DNA of 64,000 nucleotides from Eledone cirrhosa. Its lineage: Eukaryota. Positions 54,287 through 64,000 of the stretch are shown in pieces. The notes beneath the pieces were generated by a model, which worked only from the letters and a program-made list of their open reading frames with translations, was not told the DNA's origin and made no database searches. Position 1 is the first letter of the stretch; every line of letters starts with the position of its first letter. The stretch spans positions 17,670,001 to 17,734,000 of the forward strand of contig OZ024744.1 of NCBI GenBank assembly GCA_964016885.1, given 5' to 3'. The translations under genes and the position numbers were made by a program.

Positions 54287-57200
54287 GGACTATTCGGACG
54301 TCTTTTTGCTCGCTCCCAGTATATTTACCTGTTATAATTATTTGTTTTTAAATTTTTCTTGTTGCGTAAGGGATATAAGCCCTTGGATTCTTCCCTGCGA
54401 AGGGGAAAGTATAAATATTTGGGCCGTTTGGCCCAACTATTTGAACATTTTACTTTAAAACCACAACCAAAAAAACATGGCTCAGCCACGCCCCCCAGCA
54501 ATATGTCTGTTGTCGCGTGACAACGGCGTAAAAGGTGAGAGGAGGGTTACAGAAATACATGAAACAGACACCACCACAAACAACGTGAACAAAGACAACA
54601 CTGAGAAACTAATTTTGAAAAGATTACCACACCAACTACAACAATAACAGTGTCAACCAAAATACAGACAACAGAAAAAAATGATAACAAATGCAACAAC
54701 GATATTAACACCACTAACAAGAAAATAAACAACGACAACACCAACAGCAACAATACAAATTGCACCGAAAACAACAACAACGGTGGCACCAAAAACACAA
54801 CCAACTACAACAGTGATAACAACAACACCAACAACACCGTTTGTAGCAGTAGCAACAGCAACAGCACCAACAACAAGACCAATAGCAGCAGTAGCGGCAG
54901 CATAATGGTGCCGCTGAAAAAGAGGCCACTTCTGTCGCTGGTGTGGCCGGAAATATAGAGACAGTGTTAGTCACGGAGGAGGAGATGGCAGTTACAAGAC
55001 CCATGGTGACAAGAAATGTCAATAGAGTTTCCCTGAAACCTTCATCCAATTTTTTCAAGGACCAGCAGCTATGGACGGTGAATTACCGCACCGTAACAAA
55101 ATGTCACATCGGGTGGAGAGAGCCACAGAGGCTCAAATCCAAAAGGCCTTAGGGTGCATCTGGGCGCGCAAAACTCACATCACGCGAAGCAAAAAGTATG
55201 CCACAGTAGACGTACATTTCTCCACTCCGCAAGAGGCGAAGTCTCACTCTTTGGAAACCCTAAAGAGAGAGGAGATAGTCTTGGTGCCCTCCTATTGCGG
55301 GCAGAAAATTGTGACGGTCAAAGTGACCTAGGTCCCGCCCAACGTGCCCATATCTTGGCTGGCCGCGTCTGTACTGGCTGGAATCGAGGAGAAGACCACC
55401 ATACTGCAAATACAGAAAATGGGAAGAGAGAACTGGTCAGGAATAGGCATGCAAATGCTAATACAAACTGACCAGGAGTGCATCGAGGCCATCCCAGACT
55501 CCAACTCCCTATAAGCGTGGAAGGAAGGCGCCCAAAGTGATATCTCTGTGGACAGAAGGGTCAGCTCAGGGCCTTCAGCCTGCAGAAGACAGTCGAGAAG
55601 TCCCGCCCCCCTCCTTCCGACGCCTGATCCGCTGCTACCAATAGCAGGGCAGGCAACAGAGGCAGAAAACCCTTCTATGGTGAGTAGGAAAGCAACGTCC
55701 ATGACACCCATACCAAGGCCACGGACAACTAAAACAGCAGCAACAGTGGCGGCAACACCAACAGTCGCAGTAGCTACACTGGTGGCAAAATTGCCGGAGC
55801 CAGCTCCACTACCACCACCAACAGCAGTGGAGCTCATACCCCTCCCAGACGCCACATAATCCAACATGGAGTCTGAGGCTAGAGTGAAGTGGCAAACGGT
55901 CTGCCACAAAAAATAAAAAACAAAAAACCCTTAGCTTCACGCTCCAAAAGCGAAGGCAAACAAAGAGAGGTAAAGGCTGCAAGACAACTCGCAGCAACGC
56001 CACCACCATCCGCACCAACAACCACCACACCACCACCAGCAGCATCACCACAGACATCAACATCGCAAACACAAGACAAACATACCCACCAACAGCAGCA
56101 ACAAGAAATTAGCCCCCCCCCCCCCCCCACACACACAAAAAACAACAAAAACAACAACAACAAACATTACACAGCCATAAACATTGCAAATAAAGAACTC
56201 TTAGAACATATAAAGCAGCACGCAGACATCACAGACAACAATTACTAGACCCCACCAACTCCAAGAACTCTTCCGAAAAATATAAACATTATTGAAATTA
56301 AAATAGAACATTATAAATATTGAAAAGAAAAATTCCCCAACGCAGTTAGAGACTTCAGAGAGTCAGTTACCTAGAGGATATAGTCTGACCTCCTCTTGGA
56401 AACACACATGACCAGCCAAAGGGATGGTTCAACTGTCTCTTTCCCACACGATCAGGGTAGCTGATCCTTTCTCACTTACTCCATTCCTCACCCAGCATGG
56501 CATTACTTAGAATAGGCAGTATAAATGTACGTGACCTGGGGTCATCTTGGAAGCAGGGCCACCTGCTTAACGATCTCTGGGCACTAAACATAGATGTGGT
56601 GGCCATCAGCGAGACCAGAATTTCCGAAGCACGAGCCTTGGCGCCGATCTTCGGCGGCTACGATGTATACGCATCTCCCAGCCGTCCGGGAGCGGGGGAG
56701 GAGATGCTGTGACTTTTCCGAGAGACTTGGATCTCGCCATATGAGCCATCTTCCTTGACCCAGTAGGTAAGTCGGTGGAGCTGGACGTGACCGGCTGCGG
56801 AGACAATGCTTTCAGGCTAGTAGCCGTTACGCCCCAACACGTGCAGGACGGCCAGAGATCTTCAGACGTCTAGAGACCTTTCTTGGAACGTCCCGCTCTT
56901 TAGTGTTAGTGGGCGACTGGAACGGTATCTTAGATGCACGCTGGGATTATGTGGGGATAGTAGACAGGGCAGGAGGGTATAAAAGCCGAATGTGCCAATG
57001 TAGACATGTGCAAACCGCATCGGTTCATCCAGGTCGTATTTAGATAGGATATTCTGTAGGTAAACAGATAAGGATAGTGTAGGTTGCCCACAATTTAAAG
57101 TAGTCGACTACACGGACCACATTTGTGAATTATGAACTCGATTTAGATAGACTCCATAGGCAAGGGCCCGGCTACTAGAAGCTGAACGCGTCGTTCCCGG

Positions 57201-59910
57201 CGCGCAAAGCTTACAGAGACCGGTTTAGCGAATTAGTTAATCATGCGTTGACGGGTGCGAACAGGGCTATTAGAGTAGAATCGATAAGGTTTAGCAAAGG
57301 AGTAGTGATAGAGGAAAAGATAAGAGGGAGAGTTAGTTATAAAGAGATTGTCACTCGATCAAGAGATTGGAACTCGACCAATTCTTCAAAGCAAAACATG
57401 AAGGCTGCGTTGTCAGAGCTAGAGCGCATTCTTTAAGACACGAGGGGAAAAAAGCCATTCAATGGGCCCAGGTGGTGGAGGCGCGACGCGGCAACAAGTC
57501 CACAATTCGGTCATTGCCTGATCAAAACGAGCGTATGTTGCTCGATCCCGAGCAGATGTATGTGGCTTTTCAACAGCACTTTGCTCAATTGTTCGGGAGC
57601 GGCGGTGTGCCGGATCGGTGTATGGACTTCGGTGCATACCTCGACGGACTGCCGCGCTCTCGATGACCACAGAGCAGTGTTGCGAAAAGCCGATAACAGC
57701 AGGTGAAATACAGGAAGCGATGTCTGACTACACGAGGGGTAAATCGCCAGGTTTGGATGGTCTTCCCCACGAGCTTTATGCGTATATGCCAGACTTGTTC
57801 GGCGACCACTTGGCAGATGCTTACTGCAACTGGCAGCAGAACGGGAGAATTCCCAGGTTTGTGATCCGGGGAACGGTGGCGCTGCTGAGAAAAGACCCGA
57901 ACAAGAGGGACGTTATAGACAACTTCAGGTCCATAATTCTGCTAGACGTAGAGTTTAAGATTTTGGCCAAGGTGTTAGCAAAGAGATTGGCCCTTGACGT
58001 CGGTGATCTGATGGGAGAAGCGCAGACATGCACCATTCCGGACAGATCCATCCTCTCCAACCTCCATCTCATGCGATACATGATAGAGAGGGTGGTTAAG
58101 GAACTTGGGACGGGAGGGGCCCTGATCATCGGTACCTGGGTGCGGTCTTCGAGGCGGCCAGCTTCGGGCCCATTTTTAGGGGCTGGATCGCTGCGACATC
58201 AGCTCCTCAACATCTGCGATATCTGATGCGACATCTGCTCGATTGTGAGGGTGAATGGTCGCAACCTTTCAGCATCATGGCTCGGTGTGACAGGATTTCC
58301 CCCTCTCGTCCCTCTTATACGTACTGACCCTCGAGCTGTTACTGCACAAATTGGATACGACGAGGGGGGGGGGGGCACGCGAACTGGGACGTGAGAGATC
58401 CGTGTCAGCTTTCGCCGGCGACGTCACCATCGTGGTGTCGAGTACCAAACACGTCCAGATGATCGGCACCGCTCTCAAGGACTACGACGCGGTGACAGGA
58501 GCAAAGATAAACCAGGGAAAGTTGGTAGGATTGCAACTCGGCACCTGGAGAGGCAAGTCCATGCCGTCCGACAGCGTCGTGGGTCGCTGGACGGAAGGAC
58601 CGGTTAAATTGCTCGTGGTCTGGTTCGGCCCGGACCTCCTGATGAAAAATTGGAGTGAGGTGCCGAGCAGCGTGATCTCTTTCTTCCAGGAATGGGCCAA
58701 GAGGGGGCTGTCTCTGAAAGGTCGGGCGGAGGTGGCGAATGCGTATAACGCGTCCGTTATCTGCTACCGCCAGACCGTCGTACCTTGCCCCCACCCAACT
58801 CTGACCGAAATGGAGCGCCTTCTCTGCCGCTTTTTGTGGAAGAGACGTGCTCCCATGGTCAGACGATTCATTTTCTGTCAACACCCGTTGCGTGGAGGAC
58901 TTGGCATGCCGTCGCTGATGATGCGCAGACATACCCTGAGGCTGCGACATTTCTGGCGCTTCCTTGACGGTGAATAGGTGTGGTCGCCGTTTGACAGACG
59001 CGCTTTCACCCAGCTCGTCTCCTTCACGGAGCTGCTGTCCTGGATCAGAAAATGACAGAGGGATAGCGCTTGGAAGCTGGAATGTCTCCAAGCGCTCACT
59101 GCCCTCTACCAGCTTGGCACTAGTGTCGGTGAAACCTCGGTGTTCTATAGAGGGCTAGTGGAGGGAAAGAGCGATGACGTTCCCGGGGAGACTCTGGGCG
59201 TCGAAGACGATCAGCTGTTCGCTCTCTTCAAGAGAACTTTCAGCCCAGGGGCCTATGGACAACTTCCAAAAATCCCTGGCCTGACAGTGCTACCGGGGAG
59301 CGTTGCCGGTTCGGAATAAGCTCTACAAGCATGGAGGTGCTGTCAGCCGAGCCTATCCGATGTGCGCACAGGGCGACGAAACCGTTCTGCATGCACTCGT
59401 TAAGTTCCCGAGGATTGCTGACTTGTGGACCTATGTCGAACAGCTGTTGTCGCGTGTAGGACGGATCCGGTTATTGACTGAGTCCATTGTGCAGATAATC
59501 CTGCCATCCTCCTTTAAAGAGGAGGAAGGGCAGGCAGTTTTCATCTGCCTGGTGCCATGGCGAAAGAGATTGTATGGTGGACAAGGTTGATTAACTTTTT
59601 CAAATTTCACTTGAAGAGGAAAATCAGGGTGGAGAGGCAAGTGCTGTCCTTGTTGAAAGGTGGGTGAAAGTGGCGAGTCTGGTCCGAGTGAAGGGGCCCG
59701 CTCTGAGTAGCCGCCTATAGACTGAGGAGTAGGAAAACTGAGAGAGGGTGCTTGCCCTGGTGGTCAGGGTGGCCGTAGTCTTTTGTGTGGTTTTCGCCAC
59801 AAGTGACCCGCGGTGGTTCTCCTCTTGTCTTGTTATAACCTGTTTACAGGGCCAACACCCACTCTCTATTGCCCTGTACCGTTCTGTGCCGTCTGTAATG
59901 TTTTTTTTAT
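54287..59910 (+). mobile_element. Tx1/L1-clade LINE, near full length, decayed
   Basis: ORF1 relics; ORF2 from 56497 (MALLRIGSINVRDL); RT and zinc-finger relics; normal tail absent. Confidence 0.92.
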
Positions 59911-59969
59911 TTATTCTGACGACTGAAAACAGATACATTATCTGCTTTGAAGAAACCACTGGTAAATGA
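59911..59969 (+). ncRNA. Hammerhead ribozyme motif in a short PLE-like tail
   Basis: TTATT-CTGACGA..CAGATA(CAT)TATCTG..GAAA-CC(ACT)GG-TA-AATGA; (TA)n about 30 nt downstream. Confidence 0.6.
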
Positions 59970-60578
59970 AATAATTATCTTATGTTGTTTATTACATAAC
60001 TATATATATATACATATATATTCGAAGTTAATAATGTCATGATTGGTATAAAATCAAACATATGTCTTGTCTCTTAAAAACATCTCATAGAAAAAATTCA
60101 AAGAATAAATCTGACCATTCAGTCATTATAAGATAGTACCCGGAGAAATCATCATCCAAGAAGCTCGTGAGCCACGTATAGTCCCTCAAAGACTCAGGTA
60201 TAGACTACTTTATTCAATGGAAAGCCATCACTAAGTCCAAGCCATACATAAGGGGCAATCCGTCTTGTGGACTGTGTTTTAAAGGATACATATCTAAGGG
60301 GATTACGCAATAGCGATTGCCTGAATTCAAGAAATGAAATTTTCTCATGTTGTCCACATGTCTGGAAACACCGCTTGCATAACTACAAAGGTCCGGATTA
60401 AATAACAAACACATTCTAATTTTCTAATCAACTCGAACATTTTATTCCGGACATTCACAGTTATCTCCCTTACACCTTAGGCCCGTGATTTTGTATCGCT
60501 TGGGTGAAATGACCACTTCTGCTCATGCGCGTTCATAGAGTTGTTCCTCATGTTCCATATAACCGTTACCAGTTCAAG

Positions 60579-60606
60579 CTGAAGATCCTCATAAGGTGAA
60601 ACAGTA
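60579..60606 (+). ncRNA. Hammerhead core truncated by (TA)n
   Basis: CTGAAGA-T-CCT(CATA)AGG-T-GAAACAG then (TA)n. Confidence 0.45.
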
Positions 60607-60657
60607 TATATATATATAAAACGAAAAATCAGTGATGCATCTGGACTCAGTTTATTG

Positions 60658-60747
60658 TGTGTTACAATTGTTTCGATGGCAGATAGCTCGAGACAGGATC
60701 ATTGTATGGATCTGTCTGATTATAGATCTGCAGGTTCTTCGGACACA
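60658..60747 (-). ncRNA. Type I hammerhead, U4C core, long stem II
   Basis: TGTGT-CCGAAGA..GCAGAT..AGACAG/CTGTCT..ATCTGC..GAAA-CAATTG-TA-ACACA, then AATAAA and (TA)n. Confidence 0.65.
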
Positions 60748-60939
60748 TGTAATACTTTCGAAACAAACTTTCTCACTGGGGTGTTAGCTTCAAAAACAAT
60801 CTTCCTCTCCTGTCTTGCTATTGGCTGTTGTTTTTCTACGTCATCATAAATTATGGTCAATATTTGTGCCAAACTAGCCATCAGCTGCTCTCCGTCACTT
60901 CAATAGACTCATGTTGGGTTTGGTATTTCACAAGTCCGC

Positions 60940-61473
<534 letters not shown>

Positions 61474-61631
61474 GTGAGGTTTTTTTTACAAAATGAAAAA
61501 TAACCGAGGTGTCATACACGAGTGAAAGTATAAAGAAAAAGAGATGAAATCGAAAATGCAACTGGAGTCTTATTTTTTTTTTTTTATTTAAAAAAAAATT
61601 TTTTTTTTTAAATATATATATTTATTTGGTT

Positions 61632-61669
61632 CCTTTACCGGTTTCGCAGTTCTTCTGCTTTTCAAAAGG
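61632..61669 (-). ncRNA. Minimal hammerhead, U3-A8 core (left arm)
   Basis: Reverse complement of 61767-61804. Confidence 0.75.
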
Positions 61670-61766
61670 TGAGTTGAGATGGAGGGTCTGTGGTTTTTCT
61701 CACATCTGATGTGAGATGTGAGATGTGAGAATATGAGAAAAACCACAGACCCTCCATCTCAACTCA

Positions 61767-61804
61767 CCTTTTGAAAAGCAGAAGAACTGCGAAACCGGTA
61801 AAGG
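61767..61804 (+). ncRNA. Minimal hammerhead, U3-A8 core (right arm)
   Basis: CCTT-TTGAAAA-GCAG(AAGAA)CTGC-GAAA-CCGG-TA-AAGG. Confidence 0.8.
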
Positions 61805-61899
61805 AACCAAATAAATATATATATTTTAAAAAAAAAATTTTTTTTAAAATAAAAAAAAAAAATAAGACTCCAGTTGCATTTTCGATTTCATCTCTTTTT

Positions 61900-61939
<40 letters not shown>

Positions 61940-61958
61940 GTATATAAGTGTATATATA

Positions 61959-62354
61959 TTAGAAAATAGAATAACATTCATCGTATTTTTGACTAAAGAA
62001 ATTTTAGCCTGATAATGGGGTTAGAACCCTCAGATAAATGGAAAAAGATGAGTATTGACGTACATGGGAGTCGAACCCACATCTTTGGTTATCCAGACCA
62101 CTGTGTTACCATTTCACCCATCTCCTCCCATTCAAATAAGAAGCTAAATTCTTAGCGAGTATAAATTTGAATGGAAGGAGATGGGTGTGTGTTGTTGTAA
62201 TGGTAGCACAGTGGTCTGGATAACCAAAGATGTGGTTTCGACTACCATGTACGCCAATACTCATCTTTTTCCATTTATCTGAATGTTCTAAACCCCATTA
62301 TTAGGCTAAAATGTCTTTAGTCAAAAATACGGTGAAAGCTATTCTATTTTCTAA
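61959..62354. mobile_element. Head-to-head palindrome of a tRNA-derived sequence with a degenerate HHR-like tail
   Basis: Arms about 61959-62136 / 62166-62354; GTAATGGTAGCAC..TGGT(CTGGATA)ACCA..GGTTCGACTCCC. Confidence 0.7.
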
Positions 62355-62589
62355 TTTCAAACCTGCTCACTGTTTCAAAACATACTTACTTGTCAAATAT
62401 ATATATATAAGTGTGTGTGTGTGGGTATGTGTGCATATATATGTATATATACACATGTATATGTTACGTGAATGTGTATGGATGCATGCATATGATTATA
62501 ATGTTTATATCCGTGCATGTGTAATACAAGATGCATCATTTAATGTATGTGTACATATATATATATAGTGCTTCTTATAACTTTACTTG

Positions 62590-62625
62590 CCCTGATGAGT
62601 CCTTAATAGGACGAAACATTGTTGG
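62590..62625 (+). ncRNA. Hammerhead motif in a PLE-like tail of about 110 bp between (TA)n tracts
   Basis: CC-CTGATGA-GTCCT(TAAT)AGGAC-GAAA-CATTG-TT-GG; stem I and cleavage site degenerate. Confidence 0.65.
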
Positions 62626-62703
62626 ATAATAAAGACTTTTGATGTATTGAAGGCTTCTTTGGTTTATTTTCATAATATATATATATATATATGCATCTTT
62701 TAA

Positions 62704-62743
<40 letters not shown>

Positions 62744-62752
62744 CATACACAC

Positions 62753-62807
<55 letters not shown>

Positions 62808-62809
<2 letters not shown>

Positions 62810-64000
62810 ACAAAGGAATTGTGGTAATGAATCAGATGGACCATAACGCACCAGAGTACTCAATACTTAGGGTAGTAGAGTGGGAAATAGGAAAAAGTAT
62901 GAACCCGACGGCAGAACTCAGGCCGTTTCGACGGCTACTTCCGGACTAAATTATAATTTTTAGCCCGGTGAATAAATAGCCGAACTTTTCAAGGGCGTAC
63001 TTCCTTATATGGGAAGATTTTAGTTGTCAAGAGGATTGGTTGAAATTTGTTGTAAACACAAATAAGTTTTGTCATGGCATTTTGTGTGAGGTAGGGGTGG
63101 CTGAACTTGCCTGTAGGACAATAGGGGAGTGACAGGAGTGGTCAAGCGCTGCAAGTGATATGTATACAGCAGAATATGAGGATAGAGTATGCAGTGGAGG
63201 TATGTCACTGTGGTTGAGGTGTGTTGTCCTATAGGAGCAGGGCACTTGACTGAACGACCGTGGAGTCCGGATCAGCCTGTCCCGGCGCAGGCGATGTTCC
63301 TCCCTAAGGTGACGTGCGTAGTCAGATGTGCATCTTGGGTTATTTTGGTTTACCCCATAGGGCATATAATGTCATCAGGGTATGGTGTTAGGTCCCTTAA
63401 ACCCGTTTCGTCGCTCAGGTCGGTGCGTGCTTCGGCGCATGCCCCTAGCCTGGAATTCCCGGAGGGTTCCATGCGGCGTAAGTGCACCTTCTCTGGTGTC
63501 TAGAGGTCATGATAATTTCAGATTTCAGGTTGACCGCGTCATCCTTCAGTCTGACTATCTCCATGGCCTCGTATAGGCATAATCTGCACTTTCTACTTCC
63601 AGCCGAGTATGCATTCGCATGCCGAACGATACTCCATTCAGGAGGTCCACTAACCTAGTGGAGTGCCTCTTGCTTCGGTCCTTGAAGGACTTCGTGTGGT
63701 TATACTTCCGCGATTTAAAGGTCGTGGGTGTTGCGCCGTTGTAGGTGCGTTTTATATTTTGGGTTCTAACCACACATTTGTATACCAAGTCCTTCGTCAA
63801 GCATTTTCCCTGTAGGGGGCACTGGGTGCCCGCTCTGCAGTTACATATTCTGTGGTTACTTAGTTCGCTTCTGACGCCTGGCCCTCGATTTACTAGGGCC
63901 CTATCACGATTCTCAGTGTGTTGTTCCGCCGGCACGTTGATCTCCCCCACGGCACTCGTTCCCTCCTGGCGTTGGATTGTATTACCTTCCGCGGGCGTGC
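62808..64000 (-). mobile_element. PLE 3' portion (CNC..CPL..C GIY-YIG type) with 3' UTR ending in (TA)n
   Basis: CNCRAGTQCPLQGKCLTKDLVYKCVV..TYNGAT..FKSRKYNHTKSF. Confidence 0.85.
62903..62996 (-). ncRNA. Type I hammerhead, U3-A8 core, long stem II, non-palindromic stem III
   Basis: GCCC-TTGAAAA; CGGCTA/TAGCCG and CCGGGCTAAA/TTTAGTCCGG; GAAA; ACGGC(CTGAGTTCT)GCCGT; C; GGGT. Confidence 0.78.

Noticed and set aside
62190-62256. Functional tRNA gene
   Set aside because: No proper acceptor stem; it is part of an inverted-repeat element

Overview
Eukaryotic DNA, almost entirely repeats, with no recognisable host gene. The SINE families and the very high (TA)n/(CA)n content suggest a cephalopod or other mollusc (inference). 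Contents: a 40-bp minisatellite (1-2035) and long microsatellites; six decayed Tx1/L1-clade LINEs, five of them co-oriented at 38.3-59.9 kb; an R4/Dong LINE; CR1, CRE, Helitron and Tigger relics; MITEs; about 12 copies of one tRNA-derived SINE; and several Penelope-like elements (PLEs), one young with an open RT+GIY-YIG ORF and 522-bp inverted pseudo-LTRs. The most striking signal is about 15 type I hammerhead ribozyme (HHR) motifs read by eye. They sit in PLE tails and in small non-coding fold-back elements inserted in (TA)n. Many have non-canonical cores: a compensatory U3-A8 core (UUGANAA) at five loci and a U4C core (CCGAAGA) in two unrelated families. All structures are manual predictions; no database search or folding software was run.
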